Below are positions 36,911 through 49,579 of a DNA stretch of 64,000 nt, piece by piece. A program made the position numbers and the translations under genes. Source of the stretch: Mobula hypostoma. Its lineage: Eukaryota. The stretch is taken from assembly GCF_963921235.1 (NCBI RefSeq), contig NC_086101.1, positions 1,674,001 through 1,738,000 on the forward strand, given 5' to 3'. Position 1 is the first letter of the stretch. Each line of letters starts with the position of its first letter. The notes beneath the pieces were generated by a model. The model was not told the DNA's origin, did no database searches, and was given only the letters and a program-made list of their open reading frames with translations.

Positions 36911-37502
36911 CCCTTCACAACTCCCATGACCCTAAACCCATTTAATCCAAAAATGTTATTTCTCTTCACTCAGTAATTTCTTATTTATAAATTATTTTTG
37001 AGACGTAAAAATGTATTACCCAAATCTCATCTGCTTCCACGGTGGTCCTGTTGGCAAGACTTGTCCCACAATGCTCTTGGGAGGGAGTTCCTCCGGTGAG
37101 ACCTTCGGACAATGAAGGAAGCCTGATGTATTCCCAAGTCAGGCTGTTGTGTGACTCAATGGGGAATCCCGACTACCCGTGTTTCTACTGCTGACGGTGT
37201 AGGTAGAACAGCATAAAGTGCAGGAACAGGCCTGGGATGCTGTGCCAAACTAATTCAGAATGAGAATAAGACTTTTATCACTGATTTAGACGACGTGAAA
37301 TTTATTATTTTATCGCAGCTGTACAGTGCAGTAAAAGTAAAATCACTGCACATATGGGAAGGAAGGAAAGCCAAGGAAATAAGAAATGGAGAATAAAACT
37401 ACACCAAATAATTAAGAGACTGAATCTGAGGTTCCATTGAATCATTGGGATTTAATTCAAAATTGTTAATGGCCAAGGTTTAAGTAAGTGTCCATGATAA
37501 CT

Positions 37503-37749
37503 TGAAGTGTGACGAACAGCCAGAGGTTGTGGTACATATCGGTACCAATGACATAGGTAGGAAAAGGGAGGGGGTCCTGAAAACAGACTATAGGGAGTTA
37601 GGAAAGAAGTTGAGAAGCAGGACCGTAAAGGTAGTGATCTCGGGATTACCGCCTGTGCCACTCGACAGTGAGTACAGGAATAGAATGAAGTGGAAGATAA
37701 ATGCGTGGCTGAGGAATTGGAACGGGGGCAGGGATTCAGATTTCTGGAT
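37503..37749 (+). mobile_element. CR1 ORF1 esterase fragment
   Basis: EQPEVVVHIGTNDIGRK...KVVISGLPPVP. Confidence 0.85.
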
Positions 37750-37909
37750 CTTTCTTTCTTTCTTTATTAATCTTTTTATTAATTTGAAAAGAGCATATAT
37801 ACAAATGAGGAGAATTTTCTCAAATATATTTATATCAATAACTACAAACAAAGTGAAATAGACATTATCAAAATCATACATAGTATTAAGCTAATATGTA
37901 GTATATAAT
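37750..37909 (-). mobile_element. L1-like 3' tail; a related copy in opposite orientation at 41683-41770
   Basis: Minus strand ends AATAAAAAGATTAATAAAGAAAGAAAGAAAG. Confidence 0.55.
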
Positions 37910-40900
37910 TGTAGCCCCCCCCCCCCCCCGGCCAGCCTCAGGGTCGCTCGGCTCGCTGTCATCTAGGGAAACAACCCTCGGCCCCGCCAGACTGGGTAAT
38001 AGTTTGTGTGGATGCTGTGTGATGTACCCCACCCCGCCCAAATAACAGACAATACACCAGATACGATCAAATGATTTACAGTTTATAGATATTACTGGAA
38101 CCATATAATTAATAGAGAATAAAATATAAAAGGAAAATCAAAGGCGCCACGCTTATCAAAGTTCAATCTCTTCGTGCACAGACAGTTGGAGCTCAAGAAC
38201 CTTCATTCTTCACCCTGTGACCCCTCGGACCACCTCGACCGGCCGCCTGGGACCAACAAAGGTGGTCGACCAGACGCTCCACACGAGTCCGTCTCCGTCT
38301 CCTCGCCGAACGTCCCGCTCGGGGTCCGACCCCGTTAGCGGATTCACAGCACCTCGTCCATCCTCTGTCTCTCTCTCCCGCCTTCTCCCCCCAAACCCCG
38401 CGAATACAATATCTTACAGACACCCCACAGGCATAACAACTAACCCAATTGGTTCATTTGTCCTCTTACCAGTAGACAATCCAAAACAAACTGCCAACGC
38501 AAGAACTTTCTCAGCGTTTAACATAACAAAGAAGCATTCCCAAGTATAACATAACAAAGAAGCCATTTAATTAGCCTCCGCAGTAACATAAGAGACGAAA
38601 CACCCCTACACTCTCCCCCCACCAAATAAAGTCATGTCCTCATGATTTCTAAATAACTCGCCAACCAGTCCTACAGACACACAACACACACATACACAGA
38701 TACACACAGTGACAGTGCTCCCCAAACAGTGGACCTTACTCCCGACCCACGGGCGCTACATAGGCCAACCTATCTGGGAGCTTCTTAACCCTCCGGGACC
38801 TCCGTACCCCCTCAACTAAACCTAAAAGGCTCAGACACTACTAGGGATACCTCGGGCCTGCTTGCCAACTCCTCTCTCACTCAGGCCACCACTACAGCTC
38901 GGAGCCCCCTGTCCCGTGTCCGGGCCCGCCTCTCCTCCGTCCTGATCCTGCCGTAACTCAGACTGCCCACAGCTAGCCCTGCCCACTACACCTGACTCAG
39001 TGGGAGAAGAGCCAAAGGTCTCGTCCTCAATCAGGGGGAAGTTAGCGAAAGGCAGTAGGTACCACATGTCCAGCACATCATCCTTCGAATCCGTATCCTT
39101 CCTCATTCCCTCGCTTGGTAGCTGCTGGTTAAGTTTCTCCAAACTGAAACATTTAGCCGGGGCTACCCCTTCAGCCTCCTGCAGTCGAGACGTCAGCTTC
39201 TTCGGGGACTCCTTCAACTCTCGCCACAGCCTCCGCAGTTCTGACTCAGGGTTCTTGACCATCTCCACGTTGACGAGCGTGAATTCCAAGTCTGCAATAG
39301 TCGTCCCACAAGTGCGGCACTCAGTCTCCGGCCGGCATTTCTGAGCACTCAGTTCAGCGGTGCAAATCCCCTTTCTTCCCTGTGTCTCATTCAGATTGAC
39401 GACCTGGGTTTCCATCCCCCGGTCCACCACCGTCTGTCCCAACACCGGGAAGTTCAACTGGTATGTCGGGTCATTTTTCTCACATAGCACCAAACTCCTC
39501 CGGCCAAAAACTCCTCCACATGTGACACTTCGCTTCTGTCGCCCGGGCTCAGCCACTCGCCTCGCCTCATAGTCCCCCCAGGCAAATCCAAGCTATCGAC
39601 GGTCATCCACATACGCCAAAACTCCACACACCTTCACTTCCCCCATGGTCTTCCTCATGCCCCGCGGGAAGGATGCGGGGGCTCCGGATATGCCCTTGAG
39701 CATCTTTTCCGATCGGAATAATCCTAGCGAACTAACAACGGCCGTCTTCGGCTCAACAGCCGCACTCCTCGGGATCTGGGAACATCCACTCCTCAGATCC
39801 AGCACATTAAACCACGTCGCATAATCCACACACATGCTCCCTTCATCTCCCACAGTACCAGGGTCCAGTTGACGCGACCTCTCTCTCACTGAGGTGTTTT
39901 CAGCGGTCAACTCCCCTCCCTCGTGGTAGTTCGGAATGTCTACTAAGAGGGTCTCACCCTCAGCTACTTTCCCCAGATCGTACCACCGCTGGGTCTCGTT
40001 TAAATTCGGTACCGGCTCAAGGCTGCTACACACGTCCTCAGAAGCAACTCGACACGCTGGGTGCCCAGACAATGCCCCCATGAACTCCAGGGTCATTAAC
40101 CAATCATCGTTTTCTGGAAAACTACTGCCACTAGTACCCAAAATCTCCGGTGACCTTGCGGTTGTCAAGGGTAAATGCTTCAGACACCGGTTGTAAAACG
40201 AACTGTACAACAACTTGACCTGCGCCCCGGGGTCGCGGATGGCTTTAGCATCGCTTCCCTCTATCCGTAACGACACCCTGGGGCGTGGTCCCCCTAAGCC
40301 TTCAGCAATAGGGTGTTTTCCTTTCGGAAGTTCATCAGGACATTGCTGGGAACGTGCTTCCCCGGAGACCCGAAGCCGTTCCCCCATTGGGCCTCCACTA
40401 AGTTTCCCGACGCCTCTCTGATCAGCTGAACAACTGATCCCCTGAAATGATCCCCCTGGCACTGCAAGCAATTTAGCCGCCCTCCTAGCCAGAGAAGACA
40501 CACTGAAAACTCCACCCCGCCTTTCAAATAACTGACAGCTGTCACTACGGTGTAAGTGAACCTGACAACTCCAACACCGTCACCAGCCCGCCTACTCAAA
40601 CTTTCAACCAATCCCTGTCGCTCTCCCTCAACTGAGCACTGCCACTCATCTAACAACTGAGAGATCCACTCCGCCCACGTCTCACACGCCTCCGCCCCTC
40701 TTGGGGTGGACACTATCCGAAACGCCAGGCGGAGCCAGCCAGAGCTAGAACATTTATTCGCAAACCCTACCTCCAAATCAGACCAATGTTTCCTCTCTCT
40801 CCCAACAGCATAAACAGCCCCGAGTGCCACCTCCAACTCGTCAATACCAGCCTGAACTCGAACAAGAACCGCACCCACCACGCATGCAGCAATAACCAGC

Positions 40901-41682
40901 AAATAAACCACAGAGACACACATTGCAGATTTAAGCAGGGCACCCACACAGCATACTAGCAGACCCAATCCCGGACAAAAGCCCACAATGTAGCCCCCGC
41001 TGGCCAGCCTCAGGGTCGCTCGGCTTGCTGTCGTCTAGGGAAACAACCCTCGGCCCCGCCGAACTAGGTAATAGTTTGTGTGGATGCTGTGTGTTGTACC
41101 CCACCCTGCCCAAATAACAGAAAATACACCAGAAACGATTAAATGATTTACAGTTTATAGATATTACTGGAACCATATAATTAATAGAGAATAAAATATA
41201 AAAGGAAAATCAAAGGCGCCACACTTTTCAAAGTTTAATCTCTTCGTGCACAAAACAGTTGGCGCTCAAGAACCTTCTTCTTCACCCTGTGACCGCTCGG
41301 ACCACCTCGACCGGCCGCCTGGGACCAACAACGGTGGTCGACCAGACCCTCCACACGAGTCCGTCTCCGGCTCCTCGCCGAACGCCCTCCTCGGGGTCCA
41401 ACCCCGTTAGCGGACTCACAGCACCTCGTCCATCCTCTGTCTCTCTCTCCCGTCTTCTGCCCCAAAACCCCGCGCATACAAATCTTCCAGATACCCCAAA
41501 GTCATAACAGCTATCCCAATTGGTTCATAACATCCTCTTATCACCCCTTAACCCACAACAAGCTGCTAGCGCAAAGCTTTCTCAGCGTTTAACATAACAA
41601 AGAAGCTTTCCCGATTATAACATAACCAAGAAGCCATTTTAATTAGCCTCCGCAGTAACATAAAAGACGAAACCCCCTTACA
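37910..41682 (-). mobile_element. Ty3/Gypsy LTR retrotransposon, internally deleted, PNMA-like gag
   Basis: LTRs 37910-38610 and 40989-41682 (TG...CA); tRNA-Pro-like PBS TGTGGGCTTTTGTCCGGGAT; PPT GGTGGGGGGAGAG; gag ETWAEWISQLLDEWQCS..RQGLVESL; protease-like DPGAQV; RT CVDY..VLDLRSG..AYVDD; no matching TSD. Confidence 0.88.
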
Positions 41683-41770
41683 TTATTGATATGTATATTT
41701 GAGATAATTCTCCTCTTGATTGTATGTATGTTCCTTTTAAATCAATAAAAAGATTAATAAAGAAAGAAAG

Positions 41771-42748
41771 GAGGGCCTTAAAACTCTCCACTTCTTTCTG
41801 GACAACAGTATCAACCAGTTCTCCTCCACCACCACTCTCTGCCATCTGCTGGAACTTGTCCTCGACCTCAGCAATTTCTCCTTCAGCTCCTCACACTTCC
41901 TCCAAAGCCAAGGTGTAGCCAGCAATGCCTGCCTTTCGTCGGCCGTGTGGAACAGTCCATTTTCTAAGTGAAAACCAGCATCGCTGCGCAACTCTCCCGA
42001 CTCTGCATAGATGACTGCATTGGTGCTGTTTCCTACACCCATGCTGAGATTGTCAATTTCATCAAATTTGTCTCCAACTTCCAACCTGCTATCAAATTTA
42101 CTTGGTCCATTTCTTCCTCCTCTCTCACCTTTCTTGATCTCTCTCTCTCTGGAGACAGTCTATATACTGATCTCGTTTAAAAACTCTTAAAGCTCTCCGA
42201 TCTGTACATCTTCCCACACTGTCACTTGTAAACGTGCTGATCCCTTCTCTCAATTCCTCTGTCTCTGTGGCACCTGCTCTCAGGGTGAGTCTGTGGCCTC
42301 CCCTATGCCATGTTGAGGCCGCACTCAGATTAAAGGAGCAACACGTTATATTTCATCTGGTAGCCTCCAACGTGATGGCATGATCAACGATTTCTCAAAC
42401 TCCAGGTAATTCCCCTCCCCTTTCACCCTTCGCCATTCCTGTTTCTCTTTCACACCTTCTGTTCTTAACTGTCCACCATCTCCCTCTGGTACTCCTCCCA
42501 TTCTGTCCTCCCCTATCAGATTCTTCCTTCTCCAGCCCTTTATCTCTTCCACATCCCCTCCCAGTTTCACCTATCACCTGCCCCCTTGTACTTCGTCCTC
42601 CCCTCCCCCACCGTCTCAGTCCGAGCCCTTCCCCCTTTCTTTCCAGGCCTGATGGACAGTCTTGGCCCAACAATGTTGACTGTTGACTCTTTTCCATAGA
42701 TGCTGCCTGGCCTGCTGAGTTCTCACAGTACGTTGTGTGTGTTTCATT
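41771..42748 (+). mobile_element. Degenerate Penelope-like element (RT, EN and tail remnants)
   Basis: IDDCIGAVSYTHAEIVNFIKFVSNFQPAIKFTWSIS; tail GATGCTGCCTGGCCTGCTGAGTTC. Confidence 0.8.
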
Positions 42749-43290
42749 GAATACAGAAATTGGGATGTTATATTAAATTGGCCAAGGTGTTAGTGGGGCC
42801 TAATTCGGAGTATTGCGCACTGCTCTGGGCACCAACATGAAAGATATCAATAAGGTTGACTGAGTGCAGAGTAAGTTTAGAAGATGTTGCCGGAACATGA
42901 GGGTCTGAGTTACTGTACAGGGAAAGGTGTATATGTTAAGCCTTTTTACACCCTGGAGTGCAGAAGAATGAGGGGAGATTTGATAGGGGTATACAAAAGT
43001 AAGATACAGTAAAATCAAGCAAGATATTTCCACTGATGTAGCTGAGATGAGAATTAAAGGTGGGTTAAGGGAGAGGTGTGAAATATTTCAGGGGGCCGGA
43101 GGAAGACCTTCTTCATTCAGAGTGTGGTGAGAGTGTGGAAGAAACCGCCTGTAGATGTGGTAGATAGGGGCCAATTTCAACATTTAAGAGAAATTTGGAT
43201 AGGTACATAGATGGGAGGGATTCGGAGGGTCATGTCAATGGGACAAGGCAGATTTATGGTTCGGCATTGACTTTCTGTACTGCAGTTTTC
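42749..43290 (+). mobile_element. Old CR1 3' part
   Basis: AGAAGAATGAGGGGAGATTTGATAG, CAGAGTGTGGTGAGAGTGTGGAA, similar to the 11089 subfamily. Confidence 0.75.
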
Positions 43291-43348
43291 AGTGTTCACA
43301 CACCAGCCTGACCTGGAAACACACCGGGTTTCCTTCATCACCCACGGG

Positions 43349-43465
43349 TCTCACCCGGAGAACTCGCTCAACAGCACCGTGGCGGCTGATTCGCCGGCAG
43401 GACCACCGCCGTGGAAGCAAATGGCTCCGCCCGCCTTCAAGGCCATTGAGATGTGGCCAATAAAG
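43349..43465 (-). promoter_or_regulatory. CpG-rich promoter/first-exon-like segment
   Basis: On the minus strand: ATTGG (inverted CCAAT), GC box GGCGGGCGGAG, YY1-like GCCATTT, then donor CGG|GTGAGA at 43355/43354. Confidence 0.4.
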
Positions 43466-43564
43466 TTCATTTGTACGTGTGAAACATTGAATAAATAGAG
43501 TACTGTGCGAAGGGAGATACCAGCCTTCGATTCAACGGGTCTTTAGTCGGGTGGGCACAGGAGA

Positions 43565-43700
43565 GGCAGCACGTTAGCGTCGCGCTATGTCAGCCCCGGC
43601 ACCCGGGGTTTCCTCTGGGTGCCCCGGTGTCCTCCCGAATCTCAAAGATCCACGGGGTCGGTAGGTTAAATGGTGACGGGGTGTAATTAGGTGACATGGG
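43565..43700 (+). mobile_element. tRNA-derived V-SINE-type remnant
   Basis: Central V-domain-like GGGTTTCCTCTGGGTGCCCCGGTGTCCTCCC...CAAAGA...GGTAGGTTAAATGG. Confidence 0.65.
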
Positions 43701-44109
43701 ACATGTCATTATACATCTCTATATAGAAGTAATTTACAGAATTATTTACAGTCATTTCTAAAATTACTAAAAATGCCATGACTCAGTGATTCCCACTTAC
43801 CCCGAATCTCAGAAACTCACCTACCCCACCCACCCTCGACGATTGCTTTTAAAAAGTACAGCTGCTTTTCCCACTCTAATTACTAATGATGCAATTAAAG
43901 TGGGAAAAGCTTAGCAAAAATACAATAGGGGAAGCGAACAGTGTGTCCACGCAGGGACGTTGAACACTTCATCACAGTATTCATACTCTGCTCGGCTATT
44001 CATTCTGAATTCCAGGGACTGTGAGTTACGTACTGTACATTCACACTGTCACTTGGGACGAACGCTTGGAATAATCCTTTACTGCAACTATTATCCACAC
44101 TTAGACCGG

Positions 44110-45375
44110 CACACTCAACCCCGCGCTCTGAACACTCAACCACGCGCCCTGAACACTCAACCCCGCGTCCTGCACACTCAACCCCGTGTCCTGCACACTC
44201 AACCCCGTGTCCTGCACACTCAACCCCGCGTCCTGCACACTCAACCCCGCGTCCTGCACACTCAACCCCACGCCCTGAACACTCAATCCCGCGACTTGCA
44301 CATTCAACCCCGCCCCTTGCATACTCAATCCCGCGCTCTGCACCCTCAACCCCGTGTCCTGCACACTCAACCCCGCGCCCTGAACACTCAATCCCGCGCC
44401 TTTCACACTCAACCTCGCGCCCTGAACACTCAACCCCGCGTCCTGCACACTCAACCCCGCGTCCTGCACACTCAACCCCGCGCTCTGCACACTCAACCAC
44501 GCGCATTGCACACTCAGCCCTGCGCCCTGAACACTCAATCCCGCGCCTTGCACACTCAACCCCGCGCCGTGAACACTCAACCCCGTGTCCTGCACATTCA
44601 ACCCCGCGTCCTGCACACACAACCCCGCGTCCTGCACACACAACCCCGCGCCTTGCACACTCAACCCCGCGCTCTGCACACTCAACCACGCGCATTGCAG
44701 ACACAACCCCGCGCATTGCACACTCAACTCCACACCCTGAACACTCAATCACGCGCATTGCACACTTAACCCCGCGCCCTGAACACTCAATCCCGCGCCT
44801 TGCACACTCAACCCGCGCTCTGCACACTTAACCCCGCGCCCTGAACACTCAATCCCGCGCTTTGCACACTCAACCCGCGCTCTGCACACTTAACCCCGCG
44901 CCCTGAACACTCAACCCCGCGTCCTGCACACTAAACCCCCGTGTCCTGAACACTCAACCCCGTGTCCTCCACACACAAATCCGCGCCTTGCACACTCAAC
45001 CCCGCGCTCTGCACACTCAACCCTGCGCCCTGAACACTCAACCCCGCGCTCTGCACACTCAACCCCGCGCCCTGAACACTCAATCCCGCGCCTTGCACAC
45101 TCAACCCGCGCTCTGCACACTTAACCCCGCGCCCTGAACACTCAACCCCGCGTCCTGCACACTAAACCCCCGTGTCCTGCACACTCAACCCCGTGTCCTG
45201 CACACACAAATCCTCGCCTTGCACACTCAACCCCGCGCTCTACACACTCAACCACGCGCCTTGCACGCTCAACCCCATGCTCCGCGTACTCAACCCCGCG
45301 CCCTGCACACTCAAGCCCGCTCCCTTTACACAGAACCCGGCGCCCTGCACACTTGCCCTTTTTCCTACACACTCA
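44110..45375. repeat. 21-bp CpG-rich minisatellite, about 59 units
   Basis: Unit CAACCCCGCGTCCTGCACACT with variants and 20-bp units. Confidence 0.95.
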
Positions 45376-45494
45376 ATATCGTGCACAGAAATCAGGAAGT
45401 GTGTAGCAGCTGGAGGGGATTCACTGAGATGAGGAGAGTGTGTAGTACCGGAGGGTGGTCTCAGAGATAGGAGGTTCAAAGCAGCTGGGCAGGG

Positions 45495-47500
45495 GGAGGT
45501 GTGTGATACCAGAGGTAATCACAGGGATGGAGGGAGTGTGATATCAGAGGGAATCACAGAGACGAGGAGAGTGTGATACCAGAGGTAATGACAGAGATGG
45601 GGAGGAGTGTGATACCAGAGGTAATCACAGAGTTGGAGGGAGTGTGATATCAGAGGGAATCACAGAGATGAGGGGAGTGTGATACCAGAGGGAATCACAG
45701 AGATGACGGGAGTGTGATATCAGAGGGAATCACAGAGATGAGGGGAGTGTGATACCAGAGGTAATCACAGAGATGAGAGGAGTGTGATACCAGAGGGAAT
45801 CACAGAGATGGAGGGAGTGTGATATCAGAGGGAATAACAGAGATGAGGGGAGTGTGATATCAGAAGTAATCACAGAGGTAAGGGGAGTGTGATATTAGAG
45901 GGAATCACAGAGATGAGGGGAGTGTGATATCAGAGGGAATCACAGAGATGAGGAGAGTGTGATACCAGAGGGAATCACAGAGATGAGGGGAGTGTGATAT
46001 CATAGGGAATCACAGAGATGAGGGGAGTGTGATATCAGAAGGAATCACAGAGATGAGGGGAGTGTGATATCAGAGGTAATCACAGAGATGAGGGGAGTGT
46101 GATATTAGAGGGAATCACAGAGATGAGGGGAGTGTGATATCAGAGGGAATCACAGAGATGAGGGGAGTGTGATATTAGAGGGAATCACAGAGATGAGGGG
46201 AGTGTGATACCAGAGGGAATCACAGAGATGAGGGGAGTGTGATACCAGAGGGAATCACAGAGATGAGGGGAGTGTGATACCAGAGGGAATCACAGAGATG
46301 AGGGGAGTGTGATACCAGAGGGAATCACAGAGATGAGGGGAGTGTAATATCAGAGGTAATCACAGAGGTAAGGGGAGTGTGATACCAGAGGGAATCACAG
46401 AGATGAGGGGAGTGTAATATCAGAGGTAATCACAGAGGTAAGGGGAGTGTGATACCAGAGGGAATCACAGAGATGGAGGGAGTGTGATATCAGAGGGAAT
46501 AACAGAGATGAGGGGAGTGTGATATCAGAGGTAATCACAGAGGTAAGGGGAGTGTGATATTAGAGGGAATCACAGAGATGAGGGGAGTGTGATATCAGAG
46601 GGAATCACAGAGATGAGGGGAGTGTGATACCAGAGGGAATCACAGAGATGAGGGGAGTGTGATATCAGAGGGAATCACAGAGATGAGGGGAGTGTAATAT
46701 CAGAAGGAATCACAGAGATGAGGGGAGTGTGATATCAGAGGTAATCACGGAGATGAGGGGAGTGTGATATTAGAGGGAATCACAGAGATGAGGGGAGTGT
46801 GATATAAGAGGGAATCACAGAGATGAGGGGAGTGTGATACCAGAGGGAATCACAGAGATGAGGGGAGTGTGATACCAGTGGGAATCACAGAGATGAGGGG
46901 AGTGTGATACCAGAGGGAATCACAGAGATGGAGGGAGTGTGATATCAGAGGGAATCACAGAGATGAGGGGAGTGTGATATTAGAGGGAATCACAGAGATG
47001 AGGGGAGTGTGATACCAGAGGAAATCACAGAGATGAGGGGAGTGTGATATCAGAGGTAATCACAGAGGTGAGGGGAGTGTGATATCAGAGGGAATCACAG
47101 AGATGAGGGGAGTGTAATATCAGAGGTAATCACAGAGATGAGGGGAGTGTGATATCAGAGGGAATCACAGAGATGAGGGGAGTGTGATATTAGATGGAAT
47201 CACAGAGATGAGGGGAGTGTGATATCAGAGGGAATCACAGAGATGAGGGGAGAGTGATATCAGAGGTAATCACAGAGGTAAGGGGAGTGTGATATCAGAG
47301 GGAATCACAGAGATGAGGGGAGTGTGATATCAGAGGGAATCACAGAGATGAGGGGAGTGTGATATCAGAGGGAATCACAGAGATGAGGGGAGTGTGGTAT
47401 CAGAGGGAATAACAGAGATGAGGGGAGTGTCATATCAGAGGGAATCACAGAGATGAGGGGAGTGTGATACCGGAGGTGATGACAGAGTTGAGGAGGAGTG
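45495..47500. repeat. 35-bp purine-rich minisatellite, about 57 units
   Basis: Unit GATATCAGAGGGAATCACAGAGATGAGGGGAGTGT. Confidence 0.95.
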
Positions 47501-47639
47501 TTGGAGAGAAGGTGATGGTTGCAGATACGAGGAGATTGATTTACTTATTAGGATGCAGTGCAAAATAGGCCCTTCTGGCCTTCGAGCAACTCTGCCCAAC
47601 CCAACCCTCGACTTAATCTCCTCCTTTGTCTGATGGTCT

Positions 47640-47810
47640 TATGGAATTTGATAGTTTCTTGATCGGTCAGGGCATGAAAGTATATGTGTTGAGAAGGCAG
47701 GTGTATGGAGTTGAGTGGGATCCGGGATCAGCCATGATGGAATGGTGTAGCAGACTCGATGGGCTGAATGGCCTAATTCTGCTCCCATGTCATATGGTCT
47801 TCTGGTCTTA
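47640..47810 (+). mobile_element. CR1 3' tail
   Basis: GATCAGCCATGATGGAATGG...GGCTGAATGGCCTAATTCTGCTCC. Confidence 0.8.
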
Positions 47811-47811
47811 G

Positions 47812-47973
47812 CTCAACAGTTTCAGAATTACTTTGGTTATAGTCTTTAGAACACAGTTGTGAAATGTAGAAAATAATTGAAACAGAAAGCAGGTTAATGT
47901 TGTATGAAACTAAACTGGGGAAGTTAAAGGGGCACTTTCGGGCATTTGAAGAACATTTTGTGACGTTGTCAGC
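47812..47973 (+). other. Unexplained exon-like sequence, copy 1 (paralogue at 55027-55195)
   Basis: Shares GTTGTATGAAA(C/G)TAAACTGGGGAAGTTAAAGG(G/A)GCACTTT and begins at ctcaacAG. Confidence 0.5.
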
Positions 47974-47984
47974 AACTGCTGGAC

Positions 47985-48492
47985 AAAGGAGAAAATGTGC
48001 TGGCATTGGAGAGGGACAGGGGGGTTCATTGAGAATATTCCCAGAGTAAAATGGTCAGCGTATGAAGCGCATTTGATGGCGGTGAATCTATACTCACTGG
48101 AGTTTCAAGAATGAGGGGAGAGGATCTCATTGAACTTACTGAATATTAAAAGGCCCATATAGAGTGGATGTGGAGAGGGTGTTTCCTATAGTGGGGGATG
48201 TCTAAGACCAAAAGACATAGCTTTAGAATAGAGGGACATCCATTTAGAACAGTGATGAGAAGGAATTTCTTCAGGCAGAGGGTGGTGAATCTGTGGAATT
48301 CATTCACACAGTCGACTGTACAGGTCAAGTCACTGGATATATTGAAAGTGGAAGTTGATAGGTTCTTGATTAGTCAGGGCTTCGAAGGTTACGGGAAGAA
48401 GACAGGAGAATGGGGTTGAGAGAGATAATAAATCAGCCATGATGGAATGACAGAGCAGATTTGATGGGCTGAATGGCCTAATTCTGCTTCCA
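47985..48492 (+). mobile_element. CR1 3' part
   Basis: MRRNFFRQRVVNLWNS. Confidence 0.85.
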
Positions 48493-48519
48493 AGGGTGGT
48501 TCCAACAACTTATCGATGC

Positions 48520-49579
48520 TAATATCTTGCCTGGAATACCATGGGCTCCTATTCTGTTAAGCACCTTGTCAATTTCTTCTGACAATCCAAGAACACAACA
48601 TCCACCGATTCTCCTTTCTCTATCCTGCTTGTTATTTCTTCAAAAATTTGTCAGGCAAGATTTTCTTCATGCTGTCTGTGGCCTATTTTATCATGTGCTT
48701 CCAAGCACCTGCATACCTCATCTTAATAATGGACTCCAATATCTTCCCAACCATCGGTCAGGCTAACAGGCATATAATTTTCTTTTCTCTACCTCACTCT
48801 GCTTAAAAAGTCAGGTGACAGCTACAATTTTACAGTCCTCTGAAGCCATACTAGACTCCAGTGATTCTTGAAAAATCCTTACTCCTGCCTCCACACCTTT
48901 ATCAGAACCCTGGAGTGCATGTCCACCTGGACCAGGTAACTTATTTATCTTCAAACCTTTCCACAAGACCATAAGACATGGGAGCAGAATTAGGCCATCT
49001 GGCCCATCGAGTCTGCTCCACCATTCAATCATGGCTGATCCTTTATTTTTCTCGTTCTCAACCACAGGTCCCGGCCTTCTCCCCAAAACCTTTGATGCCA
49101 TGTCCAATCAAGAACTTATCAATCTCTGTGTTAAGTACACCCAACGACCTGGCCTGCACAGCTACATGCGGCAATAAATTCCACAAATTCACCACCCTTT
49201 GGTTAAAGGAATTTCTTCGCACTTTTGTTTTGAAAGGGCGCCCCCCCGCCCCGCCAATCCTGAGGCTGTACCCTCTTGTCCTAGACTCTCCCACCATGGG
49301 AAGCATCCTTTCCACATGTATTCTGTCTGGGCCTTTCAGCATTCGAAAGGTTTTAATGAGATCCCCCCTCATCCTTCTGAATTCTAGCGAGTACAGACCC
49401 ACAGCCATCAAACGTTCCTCGTATGATAACCCTTTCATTCCTGGAATCATCCTTGTGAACCTCCTCTGGACCCTCTCCAATGCCAGCACATCTTTTCTAA
49501 GATGAGGGGCCCAAAACAATACTCAAGGTGAGGCCTCACCAATGCCTTATAAAGCCTCAGCTTCACATCCCTGCTCTTG
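48520..49579 (-). mobile_element. CR1 fragments; the 48962-49579 copy continues in inverted orientation at 50677-50590
   Basis: ORF 49058-49519 FWAPHLRKDVLALERVQRRFTRMIPG. Confidence 0.85.

Noticed and set aside
43868..43906. Notch/RBPJ paired site
   Set aside because: The sites face away from each other and are about 25 bp apart, not the head-to-head arrangement with about 16 bp spacing
43960..45470. QPRVLHT-repeat and VECAGRG-repeat ORFs
   Set aside because: Translations of the 21-bp minisatellite; 20-bp units break the frame
45495..47500. Regular 35-bp repeat as a possible CRISPR array
   Set aside because: Head-to-tail units with no unique spacers, no cas genes, vertebrate context
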